From an uncultured Candidatus Rokubacteria bacterium (GTDB lineage Bacteria; Methylomirabilota; Methylomirabilia; Rokubacteriales; DASRDR01): a stretch of 64,000 bases of DNA. Below, piece after piece: positions 10,044 through 20,245 of the stretch. Under the pieces are notes generated by a model. It saw nothing but the letters and a program-made list of their open reading frames with translations, made no database searches and had not been told where the DNA came from. The first letter of the stretch is position 1; the number at the start of each line of letters is the position of its first letter. The stretch is taken from contig CAVPSB010000025.1 of assembly GCA_963708025.1 (NCBI GenBank), positions 352,001-416,000 of the forward strand, written 5' to 3'. The position numbers and the translations under genes were made by a program.

Positions 10044-10915
10044 CGACGACCCGGCGACGCCGCCGGCGGACGGCGCTCCTCACGCTGGCCGGCGTGGTCG
10101 TGGCCGCGATCTTCCTCGCCCCGTTCTCGTGGCTCGTCCTGACCAGCTTCATGCGCGAGCAGGAGGCGCTGTCGGTGCCGCCCCACTGGGTACCGGACCG
10201 GCCGACGCTGGCCAACTACCGGACCTTCGTCAACCCGAGCGGGACCCGGGGCATCGTCGGCAGCCGCGCCGCCGAGAACACGGTGCCGGGCATCGCCAAC
10301 TCGCTCGTCGCCGCCACCGGCACCGCCGTCCTGAACCTCGCGCTCGGCGTCCTGGCCGGCTACAGCTTCGCGCGGCTGCGCTTCCGGGGTCGGACGGCGC
10401 TGCTGTTCCTCTACCTCGGCTCGCGCATGGTGCCCGGGATCGCGCTGATCGTGCCCCTGTACCTCGTCGTCCAGAAGCTTCGCTTGCTGGACAGCCTCCT
10501 GGCCCTCGTCGTCACGTACCTGACCTTCACGCTCCCGTTCACGATCTGGCTCCTCAAGAGCTACTTCCAGGGCATTCCCCGCGAGCTGGAGGAAGCCGCG
10601 CTCGTCAACGGGTGTGGCTGGGCGAAGATGGTGGCGCGGGTGCTGCTCCCGGCCGCCGCTCCGGGCCTCGTCGCCGCCGCGATGTTCGCTTTCATGACGG
10701 CGTGGAACGACTACCTCTTCGCCGTGATCCTGACCTCGAGCATGGCCGCCAAGACGGCGCCGGTCGTGGTCGCCGGCTTCGCCACGGACGTCACCACCGA
10801 GCGCACCCTCATGGCGGCCGGTGGTGTGCTCGCCGTCATCCCGCCTCTGGTCCTCGCGTTCGTCTTCCAGCGGCTCATCGTCCAGGGTCTCGTGTCGGGC
10901 GCGGTCAAAGGCTGA
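10040..10915 (+). CDS. Carbohydrate ABC transporter permease (MalG-like)
   Basis: IPRELEEAALVNG EAA loop; AWNDYLFA; GAVKG C-terminus. Confidence 0.92.
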   Translation: MTTTRRRRRRTALLTLAGVVVAAIFLAPFSWLVLTSFMREQEALSVPPHWVPDRPTLANYRTFVNPSGTRGIVGSRAAENTVPGIANSLVAATGTAVLNLALGVLAGYSFARLRFRGRTALLFLYLGSRMVPGIALIVPLYLVVQKLRLLDSLLALVVTYLTFTLPFTIWLLKSYFQGIPRELEEAALVNGCGWAKMVARVLLPAAAPGLVAAAMFAFMTAWNDYLFAVILTSSMAAKTAPVVVAGFATDVTTERTLMAAGGVLAVIPPLVLAFVFQRLIVQGLVSGAVKG

Positions 10916-10940
10916 GCCGCGCCGGAAAGGAGCACACACG

Positions 10941-12273
10941 ATGCACGACACCGACGCTCGCCCCCGGATCTCGCGCCGACGCTTCCTCACTACCGCCGCC
11001 GGCGTCGCGCTGGCGGCGGGCCGGCTGGCCCAGCCGGTCGAACGCCGCGCCGGCGACCGTGCGGTTCTCCGGCTGGGCGTTCGAGCCCCAGGTCGTCGAG
11101 GCCAACGTCAAGCGGTTCATGGAGCAGTACCCCGACGTCAAGGTAGAGTACACGCCGCTCGACCTCCAGCTCTACAACGAGAAGATGGTGGCCCTGTTCA
11201 ACGCCGGCACCCAGCCCGACGCCTACTACGTCCGCGACATCAACCTGGGCGCCTGGGTGGAGGCCGGCTGGGTCCAGCCGATCGACGGGCTCCCCGGGCT
11301 GGCCGAGCTGGACCGGGACATCTTCCCCTTCAACCTGGAGGCGCTCAAGTACAAGGGCAAGCAGTACGGCACCCCGTACTACGGGGACATCTACGTCTAC
11401 ATGTACGACCGCAAGACCGCGCAGAAGGCCGGCGTGGACAAGGCGCCGGTCACGCTCGACGCGCTCAAGCAGGCGGCGCTGGCGGTCAAGAAGGCGGGGC
11501 TGGCCGACTACCCGATCGTCAAGGGGTTCAAGACGAACGTGGACGGCCTCAGCGAGTTCTGGTCGATGGTCTTCGCCTCGGGCGGCAACCTCTTCGACGA
11601 GACGCTGGAGCCGCTCTACCCGGACAAGGACAAGACGGCGCTCGGCGTGCTCGAGTGGCTCGTCCAGGCCGTCCACGACTGGAAGATCCTGGATCCGAAG
11701 GGGCTCGAGCTGGACGAGACGCAGGCGCGCGACGTCTTCATCAGCGGGCAGGGCGTCTTCACCTCCAACGTCGGCAACGTGCTCCCGCGGTCGAACAACC
11801 CGAAGTTCAGCAAGCGGGCCGGCGACATCGCCCCCACGCGCTTCCCGGGCCTGGCCGACGCCGGCAAGGGGCCCATGGGCTGGACACGGCTATACTGCAT
11901 CGACGCCAAGACCAAGGCGAAGGATGCCGCCTGGCGCCTCATCGCCTACATGGGCGGCAAGGACAAGAACGGCGAGTACTACAGCGCCAAGGACTGGTAC
12001 GCCAAGTATGGCGTCGGCTACGCGTTCATGTCGCTGGACAAGGATCCCGACATGATCCGGGTCCACAAGGAAGCCGGCTGGGACCTCGACGTGCGGAGCC
12101 AGCAGTATGCCACGGCCCGCGCCCGGACGAACATCAAGGCGCCCTGGTACAACGAGTGGGACCGCTTCACTCAGCAGCAGGTCCAGAACGCGCTGATCAA
12201 GAAGGCCAGCCCGCGCGACGCCCTCACGGCGTCGGCGAACAAGGCGCGCGAGCTCAAGAAGCAGTGGAGCTAG
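10941..12273 (+). CDS. ABC substrate-binding protein with Tat signal (frameshift near 11030-11040)
   Basis: ISRRRFL Tat leader from ATG 10941; the SBP body (TVRFSGWAFEP..KQWS) continues in another frame. Confidence 0.85.
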
Positions 12274-12276
12274 TGT

Positions 12277-12299
12277 CGGGGGGTCTCGGACCCCCCCCG
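12277..12299. repeat. Short palindrome GGGGGGTC-TCG-GACCCCCC after the SBP stop
   Basis: 8-bp stem; its left half recurs at 22805-22817. Confidence 0.6.
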
Positions 12300-12370
12300 G
12301 AGTGCCAGAGGGTGGCGCGATGCCGGCGGACGGGGCATGAGAGTGCTGGCATTGGTGCACAGATCCGCGT

Positions 12371-12456
12371 GAGCGTGAAGGAGTGACGTCCTCCGGCTCC
12401 CCCCTCCCCCGGTGGGGTGGGGGAGGGGGGCTGGGGGGGTAGGAGGGAGGTCCCAA
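12371..12456 (+). repeat. G/C hairpin intergenic element, copy B
   Basis: GAGCGTGAAGGA..CCTCCGGCTCCCCCCTCCCCCGGTGGGGTGGGGGAGGGGGGCTGGGGGGGTAGGAGGGAGGTCCCAA. Confidence 0.9.
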
Positions 12457-13209
12457 ATATACTGTCTGGAGCGGGCGGGGGCGGAGCCGGCCGTGGTCTG
12501 TGTCCACGGATACTGCCAGTCCTCCGCCTACTGGGCGCCGACGCTCGAGCGGCTCGGGGCGGCGGGCATCCGGGGCCTCGCCCCCGATCTTCCGGGGTTC
12601 GGGGCCTCGGCCGGGCTCCCCGGGCCGTACACGATGGAGGCGTATGCCGATGGCGTCGCCGCGCTCCTCGACGCCCGCGGGCTGGCGCGAGTCGCCCTGG
12701 TCGGCGGGTCGATGGGTGGGGTGGTGGCCCAGCACCTGGCGCTGCGTCACCCCGCCCGCCTGACCCGGCTCCTGCTCGTCGCCACCGGTCCGTTCACCGT
12801 CGACCCCGCGGCTGCCCTCGCCCGGGCGGCCGCGATCGCCGCCGTCCCCTGGACCGAGGAGGCGGTCCAGCCGATCGTCGCGGGCTTCTTCCGGGAGCCG
12901 CCCCCGCCGGCCGAGCTCGATCGGTATCGGAAGATCGCCCACGGGGCGTCCCATCAGGCCGCCGTCGAGGCGGCGCGATCCAACGGCGGCTCGCGGACGC
13001 TGGAGCGCCTCGGCGAGATCGCGGTGCCGACGCTCATCATCCAGGGCCGCCACGACCGCGCCCGCACCCCCGAGCACGGCGCCCTCATGCGCGACCGCAT
13101 CCCCGGGGCGCGCCTCGAGGTGCTCGAGCGCGCCGGCCACACCCCTCAGCTCGAGGAGCCGGAGGCCTTCCACACCCTCGCGCTCCCGTTCCTCCTGGCC
13201 CGCTCGTAA
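12457..13209 (+). CDS. Alpha/beta hydrolase (start uncertain: ATA 12457 or GTG 12412)
   Basis: VCVHG, PDLPGFG, GGSMGG nucleophile elbow, GRHD, AGHTPQLE. Confidence 0.88.
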   Translation: MYCLERAGAEPAVVCVHGYCQSSAYWAPTLERLGAAGIRGLAPDLPGFGASAGLPGPYTMEAYADGVAALLDARGLARVALVGGSMGGVVAQHLALRHPARLTRLLLVATGPFTVDPAAALARAAAIAAVPWTEEAVQPIVAGFFREPPPPAELDRYRKIAHGASHQAAVEAARSNGGSRTLERLGEIAVPTLIIQGRHDRARTPEHGALMRDRIPGARLEVLERAGHTPQLEEPEAFHTLALPFLLARS

Positions 13210-13244
13210 CGGCGTGAGCGATCCGATCCTGTTCGTGGTGGGAT

Positions 13245-14213
13245 CTAGCGGCGGAGCGCCTCGATCAACGGCGCGAAGCGCTCGAGCCCGCGGAGGCCCG
13301 GCGGGTCGACCACGTTGCAGGTGAGGTGCTCGACCCCCGCCGCCGCGAAGCCCCGGAGATTGGCCAGGATCTCCTCGGCCGAGCCGCGGCGGACGTTCAT
13401 CCGCATGCCGCCGAACTCGTACTCGGCGACGCCCCCGGCGCCGTCCCCGAAGGCGATCCGGGTCCCCGCGCCCCGTGCCATCGTCTTCGGATCCCGGCCG
13501 ACCTCGCGGCAGGCCGCGTCGAGCGCGGCGAACTTCGCCCCGAGGGGCTCGGCGCTCATCTGGTAGTCCCCGTCGTAGCGGTCGGCCCAGCGGGCGACCA
13601 GTCGCAGCATGCGGGGCCCCTGGGCCCCGATGACGATCGGCGGCCCGGCCCGCCGGGGCCCCCGGGGCTGGAGCTCGCAGTCCCGCGCCTGGTAGTAGCG
13701 GCCCTGGAAGTCCACCCGGCCCTCGCGGAGCAGCGGCACGATGACCTGGAGTGCCTCCTCGAACCGGCTGACGCGATGATCGTACGGGTAGCCGAAGGCC
13801 GTGTACTCCGGCTGGTGCCAGCCGGCGCCGAGGGCCAGGATGAGGCGACCGTCGCTCACCTCGTCGAGCGTGTCGGCCATCTTGGCCAGGAGCGCCGGGT
13901 TGCGGAAGCTGGAACAGGCGACCAGCGGCCCGAGGTGGATCCGGCTCGTCGCCTCGGCCACCCCGCTCAGGATCGTCCACCCCTCCCAGACGCCCCGGGT
14001 CTTCCCCTCCGGCATGTTGACCATCATCGTGTCGCCCGGCGGCGACTTCCGGAACAGCAGGTGGTCGGGGGCCATGAGGCTGTCGAACCCGACGGCCTCG
14101 GCCATCCGGGCGATCTCGCGGATCTGCGCCCAGCGGACCGGCTGACCATCGCCGAGGGCACCGACCCCGAGGGGCAGCGTCAGACCCAGTCTCATGCGCG
14201 TCGTCTCGGGCAT
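13245..14213 (-). CDS. LLM class flavin-dependent oxidoreductase
   Basis: AEAVGFDSLMAPDH, FRNPALLAKMADTLDEVSDGRLILALGAGW, GPRMLRLVARWAD. Confidence 0.92.
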   Translation of the reverse strand: MPETTRMRLGLTLPLGVGALGDGQPVRWAQIREIARMAEAVGFDSLMAPDHLLFRKSPPGDTMMVNMPEGKTRGVWEGWTILSGVAEATSRIHLGPLVACSSFRNPALLAKMADTLDEVSDGRLILALGAGWHQPEYTAFGYPYDHRVSRFEEALQVIVPLLREGRVDFQGRYYQARDCELQPRGPRRAGPPIVIGAQGPRMLRLVARWADRYDGDYQMSAEPLGAKFAALDAACREVGRDPKTMARGAGTRIAFGDGAGGVAEYEFGGMRMNVRRGSAEEILANLRGFAAAGVEHLTCNVVDPPGLRGLERFAPLIEALRR

Positions 14214-14235
14214 CTCCGGTCTCCTCTCTCCGTGG

Positions 14236-14893
14236 TCATGCCCTCCGCTTCGCGGAGGGCGCCTCGAGTGCCCGGCCCAGCCGGGACACGCCGTCCTCGA
14301 TCTCGCGCTCGGTGAAGCCCGCGTAGCCGAGCACGAGGCCACCCCGGCCGCCCGCGCGGATGCGGAAGGCCGAGAGCGGCGCGGCTTCCACGCCGTGCTC
14401 GGCGGCGGCGCGGGAGGCCGCCCGGTCGTCCACCCCCGGCGGCAGCCAGCCGAGGACGTGGAGCCCCGCGGCCGCCGGGGCCACCTCCAGCCGTCCGGCC
14501 AGGGTGCGGCGGGCCGCCTCCAGCAGCGCCGCCTGGCGCTCCGCGTACAGCGCGCGCGTCCGGCGGATGTGGCGCGCGAAGTGACCCTCGGTGATGAAGT
14601 CGGCCAGCACCGCCTGGTTCACCGAGGGGGGATGCCGGTCCGAGTGGAACCGGGCGGCGACCACGGCGTCCACGAGGTCCGGTGGGGCGACGCAGTACGC
14701 GAGCCGGAGCCCGGGGGAGAAGACCTTGCTGATCCGCCGCGAGCGCGCGCGTCGAGGGGAGCCGCGCCCCGGGCCGGAGCCGCCCGGTCAGGATGGCCTC
14801 GCGGATTCCCTCGTAGAGCTGGCGGTAGCGCGGCACCCGCGATCCGGGGTCGATGCCCAGCGCCAGCAGCGACACCGGCACCGGCCGCTTCAC
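14236..14893 (-). pseudogene. MocR/GabR-family regulator with a large internal deletion
   Basis: GntR HTH start (YRQLYEGIREAILTGRLRPGARLPSTRALAAD) joined out of frame at ~14731 to SKVFSPGLRLAY..GHFARHIRR..GLVLGYA. Confidence 0.85.
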
Positions 14894-14991
14894 GAACGCA
14901 TCCTCCCTTCCGCCCGCGGCGTCGAAGCGGCTCCATTCGTCGGGCAGGCCTACTTCCTGCCCTGCCAGTACTGCCTGATCCTGAAGGCTGG

Positions 14992-16137
14992 TTAGGCCTG
15001 GATGGCGGCGTGCACCAGGTTGCTGATGGTGTCGAGCCGCGTCGAGTGCCACGGGTCGGCCAGCCGGCCGTTGGTCAGGTACGCGAAGGACACGCCGGAG
15101 TCGGGGTCCGCCCAGCAATAGGACGAGCCCACCCCCCCGTGGCCGAAGGCGCGCGGCGAGGCCAGGGCGCCCAGGCCGCGGATGCTCTCGGTGGTGCCGC
15201 GCGAGTGCGGCCCCAGCCCCCGGTGCATGGGCATGCCCATGTAGCCGTCCACCCGGTCGCCGGTGAAGTTGCGGGTGACGTACTGGATGGTGCGGGGCGA
15301 GAGCAGGCGCGTGCCGCCGAGCGTGCCGCCGGCGAGCAGCATCTGGTAGAACGCCGCCATCGCCCGGGCGGTGGCGTAGCCCCCGCCGCCGGGCGTGCCG
15401 GCCCGGCGGAAGGACGCATGGTTCTCGTCGGCGCGCTTGACCTGGCGAGCCCCGTCGGCGGACGGCTCGTGCATGTCCACCGCGCGGGCGTGCTCGGCGT
15501 CGGGCAGCCCCACGAAGAGCTCGCGCTCCAGGCCGAGCGGCTCGACGATGGTCTCGCGGATGAAGGCCCGGTAGTCCGTCTTGGTGAGGGCCTCGACGAT
15601 GACGGCCGCCGTCCAGTGGGCGGCCCGGCCGTGGTAGTAGACGCGCGAGCCCGGCGTCCACTCCAGCGTGAAGCCGCACACCGTCCGGCGAAGGAGGTCG
15701 TGGTCTTCCCAGGCGGCGGCCGGGACGTCGGCGCTGGGGAAGCCGCCCTGGTGGGTCAGGAGCTGGATCACCGTGATGTCGCCCTTGCCGTTGGCCTCGA
15801 AGCCCGGCACGTGCTCGGCCACCCGGTCGGTGAACCGCAGGGCGCCGCGCTCGGCCAGGAGCCACAGGGCGCACGCGGTGATGACCTTGGTGTTCGAGTA
15901 GAGGAGCCAGAGCGTCTCGTCGCGGGCGGCCACCCGCGCCGGGTCCAGGCGCGCGTCGCCGAAGGTCCGGACCAGGGCGAGCTGGCCGTGGCGGGCCACG
16001 GCGATCTGGGCGCCGGGGTAACGGCCCTCGGCGAGATGGCGCGTGATCGTCTCGGTGAGCCGATCGAGGGCCTGGGGATCGAGGCCGAGGGACGCGGCGT
16101 CGGCAACGGGCAACGGGAAGCTCATGACATCCTCCAT
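14992..16137 (-). CDS. Serine hydrolase (beta-lactamase class C-like)
   Basis: SNTK (SxxK), LLTHQGG, PGSRVYYH, FGHGG. Confidence 0.92.
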   Translation of the reverse strand: MEDVMSFPLPVADAASLGLDPQALDRLTETITRHLAEGRYPGAQIAVARHGQLALVRTFGDARLDPARVAARDETLWLLYSNTKVITACALWLLAERGALRFTDRVAEHVPGFEANGKGDITVIQLLTHQGGFPSADVPAAAWEDHDLLRRTVCGFTLEWTPGSRVYYHGRAAHWTAAVIVEALTKTDYRAFIRETIVEPLGLERELFVGLPDAEHARAVDMHEPSADGARQVKRADENHASFRRAGTPGGGGYATARAMAAFYQMLLAGGTLGGTRLLSPRTIQYVTRNFTGDRVDGYMGMPMHRGLGPHSRGTTESIRGLGALASPRAFGHGGVGSSYCWADPDSGVSFAYLTNGRLADPWHSTRLDTISNLVHAAIQA

Positions 16138-16143
16138 GGGTGA

Positions 16144-17352
16144 TCAGTACGCGGGACGCGGCGCCGTGCGGGTCCGGAGCTGGACGACCGTGAAGGCGCA
16201 GAGGACGAGGACGCTCGCGATGGCGACGAAGATCGCCCGCGGCTCGCCGTGGTCGAGGAGCCAGCCGAACAGGAGCGGCCCGGTGGACGAGCCGACGTCG
16301 AGGCCCGAGTAGACGAAGCCGAAGACCCGCCCGGAGGCGCCGCGGGGCGTCGCGGCCCGGACCAGCATGTCCCGGGACGGCGACGTCACGCCGACGCTGA
16401 AGCCGGCCAGAGCGATGGCGGCGATCAGCACCGGGACGAGGAGGGCGCCCGACGCGGGCGCGAGCATCAGGGCCGCGCCCGCCGACACCCCGACGATCGT
16501 GACCAGGTCGTGGCGCGAGGTCAACTCGGCCAGGCGGCCGCCCACCAGGGTCCCGGCGCCGGTCGCCAGCAGGAAGGCGGTGAGGGTACCGGTGGCCACC
16601 GACAGCGGCGCGTCGTAGATCGCCACGATGGCGCTCACCATGAAGCTCTGGACGCCGACGAAGGCGAAGGCGGTCAGCGCGAAGTAGGCCAAGCAGGCGA
16701 GGATCGCCGGGGAGCCGAAGAGATGGAGGCTTCCCGCCAGGCCGTCGCGGGCCGGCGCCGCTGCCTTCGGCGCGCGTCCCTCGCCGCGCAGGACCGCCTG
16801 TCGGGCCAGGACGAGGACGACGCCGAGGCCGAGCACCCCGACCACCCCGAGCGCCGTGCGCCAGCCCCAGACGGAGGCAAGCGGGAGCACGACGACCGGC
16901 GCCACCGCCCAGCCGACGCTCCCACCCACGGAGTGAATGCTGTAGGCGCGCCCCAGGCGGGCGTCGCTGACCCGTGCGGTCAGGATGGCGTAGTCCGCCG
17001 GGTGGAACACGCTGTTGCCCAGCCCGGCCAGCGCGGCGAGCGGCAAGAGCGCCCAGTACGTCGGGGCCTGCCCCGCCAGCCCGACGGACGTGGCCAGGAG
17101 CGCCAGCCCCGCCAGCAGGACGCGCCGCGCCCCGAAGCGGTCGACGAGGAAGCCGGCCGGCGTCTGGGCCAGCCCCGACGCGCCGTAGAAGACCGTCAGC
17201 ACGAGGCCCAGGGCCGCGTAGCCGACGCCGAACTCGGCCTTGATGAGCGGGAAGAGCGGCGCCAGCGAGAGCTGGAAGAAGTGGCTGAAGAAGTGCGCCA
17301 TGCCGACGAGCGTGATCACCGCCACGTCGTGGCGCCCGGGCTCGGGCTTCAC
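16144..17352 (-). CDS. MFS transporter (Fsr-like)
   Basis: GFLVDRFGARR motif A, GLGNSVFHP, about 12 TM segments. Confidence 0.92.
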   Translation of the reverse strand: MKPEPGRHDVAVITLVGMAHFFSHFFQLSLAPLFPLIKAEFGVGYAALGLVLTVFYGASGLAQTPAGFLVDRFGARRVLLAGLALLATSVGLAGQAPTYWALLPLAALAGLGNSVFHPADYAILTARVSDARLGRAYSIHSVGGSVGWAVAPVVVLPLASVWGWRTALGVVGVLGLGVVLVLARQAVLRGEGRAPKAAAPARDGLAGSLHLFGSPAILACLAYFALTAFAFVGVQSFMVSAIVAIYDAPLSVATGTLTAFLLATGAGTLVGGRLAELTSRHDLVTIVGVSAGAALMLAPASGALLVPVLIAAIALAGFSVGVTSPSRDMLVRAATPRGASGRVFGFVYSGLDVGSSTGPLLFGWLLDHGEPRAIFVAIASVLVLCAFTVVQLRTRTAPRPAY

Positions 17353-17365
17353 GGCTCGCGCTCCG

Positions 17366-18789
17366 CTAGTCGAGAGGGGGCCGGGCGGCCGCCCAGGGCT
17401 GGAGCGCCTCGAAGGCGGCGGCGGCGCGGAAGACGTCGGTCTCCCGGTGCCAGCGTCCGACGATCTGGAGCCCGACCGGCAGCCGCTCCCGGGTGAAGCC
17501 GCACGGCACGTTGGCCGCGGGCTGGCCGGTCAGGTTGAACGGATACATGAAGGGCACGCGGTCGAAGATCGAGTGGGCCGGCTTGCCACCGAGGTCGGCG
17601 AGCCCCTCGAAGGGACCGGGGTCGGCCGGCCAGGCGGCCACGGGCATCTGGGGCGTCAGCAGGAGGTCGTAGCGCTCGAAGGTGGCGCGGACGCGCTCGG
17701 CGAAGGCCGTGCGGGCCAGGAGCGCCTGCACGTACTCGATCCCGGTGATCTTGGCCGCGTCCAGGATCATCCGCATGAGCGTCGGCTCGAACCAGTCCGG
17801 CCGGGCCAGGGCCCGCTCGTGGTTCCGGGCCGCGACGTGGGTTCCGTAGATGATCTTGTGGAACTCGTACGGGTGGCCCCAGTCGATCTTCGCCTCCTCG
17901 ACCTCGCCGCCGAGGTCGGCGAAGCGGCGGGCGGCCGCCCCGCGATCTCGCCCACCTCGGGATCGACGGCGGCGAAGCCGAGGTCCCGGCTCCAGCCGAT
18001 CCTGAGCCCCGCGAGATCGCCTTCGCAGGCCGCCAGGTAGTCGGCCGGCGGCGCGTCGATCGAGAGCGGATCGCGCGGGTCGGGGCCGGCCAGCACCTGC
18101 AGCAGCAGCGCGCCGTCCCGTACCGTGCGCGTCATCGGCCCGTTGTGGGACCGGGTGTTCCAGAGATCCTGGCTCGGCCAGTACGGCACGCGGCCCAGCG
18201 ACGGCTTCATCCCGAAGATGCCGCAGAGGGCGGAGGGGATCCGGATCGAGCCCGAGCCGTCCGAGCCGTGGGCGAGCGGCCCGAGCCCGGCGGCGACCGC
18301 CGCGCCGGCCCCGCCCGAAGAGGCGCCGGAGGTGCAGGCGAGGTTCCAGGGGTTCTTGCAGGGCGGCCCCAGCAGGTTGTCGCACATGTCCTTGTAGCCG
18401 AAGTGCGGCGTGTTCGTCTTGCCGAGGAGCACCCCGCCGCTGGCCCGGAGCCGCGCGGCGACCGCGCCGTCCTCGGTGGGGACGTTCTGCTCGAAGAACT
18501 TCGAGCCGTAGGTGGTGCGGATGCCGGCGGTGGGCTCGAGGTCCTTGATCGAGTACGGGATGCCGTCCAGGGGGCCGCGAAGATCGCCCTTCAGGGCGCG
18601 AGCCTCGGCGGCCTTGGCCAGCTCGCGGGCGTGGTCGGCGGTCACGGTGAGGTAGGCGTTCAGCTTCGGGTTCAGCCGCTCGATCCGCGCCAGCACGGCG
18701 TCGGCCAGCTCGACGGGCGAGAGCGTCTTCGCCCGGATCAGCCGGCCCAGCTCGGTCGCCGGCGTGTAGCAGAGGTCGGTCGCGTTCAT
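17366..18789 (-). CDS. Amidase signature family protein (frameshift near 17940)
   Basis: GIPYSIKD, GKTNTP, SGASSGG, GSDGSGSIRIPS; C-terminal FNLTGQPAANVP..GLQIVG lies in a second frame. Confidence 0.88.
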
Positions 18790-18961
18790 CGGGCCTCCCG
18801 GTTGGATTGATGATCGGCTCGGCTCGGACTGCCGTACCAGGGTAGGGCCGGCCGCCGGCCTTGTCCAGCGCCCGGTGACCGCCGCGCCGGCGGAGGTGCT
18901 ATGCTCGGGGCCACCGGCGGCGCCGCCGGACATCCACCATCACGCAGGCGGGGAGCGACGA

Positions 18962-20014
18962 ATGGCAGCGGACGCGGTTCGGGTCGGAGCGGCGGAGCTC
19001 CAGGAGTTCACCAAGCAGGTCTTCATCCGGGTCGGGACGCCGTCCGAGGACGCGGCGCTCGAGGCCGAGGTGCTGGTGTGGGCCAACCTCCGGGGCGTGG
19101 ATTCCCACGGGGTACTGCGCATCCCGTCGTACCTGGAGATGATCGACAAGGGCCTGATGAACCCGCGGCCGAAGATCCAGGTCGTGAAGGAGACGGCGGC
19201 GACCGTGCTCATCGACGCCGACCGGGCGCTGGGGCCGGTGGTCACCGTCGTCGCCATGCGGCGGGCGATCGAGAAGGCCCGCCAGGCCGGGATCGGCTGG
19301 GCGCTCATCCGGAACACGACGCACCAGGGCGCGATGGCCTACTACGCGCTGATGGCGGCCCGGGAGGGCATGGCCGGCCTCGCCATCGTCTGCAGTCCGC
19401 CCAACATGGCGCCCCACGGCGCCCGGGCGGCCGGGGTCCACAACAGCCCGATCTCGATCGCGGTGCCGGCCCGGCGCCGGCGCCCTCTCGTGCTCGACAT
19501 GGCGACAAGCGTGGCCGCCGGCGGCAAGCTCCGGCTGGCCGTCGACAAGGGCGTGGCGCTGCCGCCGGGCTGGGCGCTCGACAAGGACGGCGCCCCGACG
19601 ACCGACGCCGCGCGGGCGACGATCCTCGTCCCGTTCGGCGGCCCCAAGGGCTCGGGCCTGGCGATGATGTTCGAGACGCTGACCAGCCTCATGGTCGGCA
19701 ATCCCCTGCTGGAGCCGGCGCTGTTCGGAGAGGAGGGCGCCGCCCGCCATCGCCAGAACAGCGTGGTGGCGGCCATCGACATCGGGACGTTCACGGACGT
19801 GGACGCCTACCGGGATCACGTCGACCGGCTCGTCGACGGCCTCAAGGCCCTGCCGAGGGCCGAGGGCGTGGGGGAGATCCTGGTCCCGGGCGAGCCCGAG
19901 GACCGGAGCGCCGAGGAGCGCGGCCGGGACGGCGTGCCGCTTCCCGCGGGCACCATCCAGAATCTCCGCACGGTCGCCGAGAAGCTCGGCATGCCGATGC
20001 TCCCCAACCTCTAG
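18962..20014 (+). CDS. Ldh_2 family oxidoreductase (second paralog)
   Basis: LRGVDSHG, LDMATS, GGPKGSGL, ILVPGEPE. Confidence 0.92.
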   Translation: MAADAVRVGAAELQEFTKQVFIRVGTPSEDAALEAEVLVWANLRGVDSHGVLRIPSYLEMIDKGLMNPRPKIQVVKETAATVLIDADRALGPVVTVVAMRRAIEKARQAGIGWALIRNTTHQGAMAYYALMAAREGMAGLAIVCSPPNMAPHGARAAGVHNSPISIAVPARRRRPLVLDMATSVAAGGKLRLAVDKGVALPPGWALDKDGAPTTDAARATILVPFGGPKGSGLAMMFETLTSLMVGNPLLEPALFGEEGAARHRQNSVVAAIDIGTFTDVDAYRDHVDRLVDGLKALPRAEGVGEILVPGEPEDRSAEERGRDGVPLPAGTIQNLRTVAEKLGMPMLPNL

Positions 20015-20183
20015 GGGGCGGGGCCGATGAGCGTCGCATCGCGTCGTCGTTCGGACGGCCTTCGGCCTCTGGGGTCGTCGCCGATCCTCGGCGTACTCGG
20101 AGTACGCCTGCGGTCGGCGACTCCCTGCGTCGTTCGGACGGCCTTCGGCCTGTGGGCGCTGCTCGCTCCTCGGCCCCGCCCCC
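20014..20183. mobile_element. MITE/REP-like composite palindrome (170 bp)
   Basis: Terminal IR GGGGGCGGGGCCGA(T/G)GAGCG; central hairpin GTCGCCGA..GGCGTACTC-G-GAGTACGCC..TCGGCGAC; 24-bp exact direct repeat at 20045-20068 and 20128-20151. Confidence 0.75.
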
Positions 20184-20245
20184 GAGGGCTCGACTGATCC
20201 GCCGTGGCGCTGGTGGCTCGAGGAGCTCAAAAGAAGGAGGCCGAC

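Noticed and set aside
14992-16137. Beta-lactam resistance gene
   Set aside because: No signal peptide, and HGG replaces KTG; it fits cytoplasmic esterase-type serine hydrolases.
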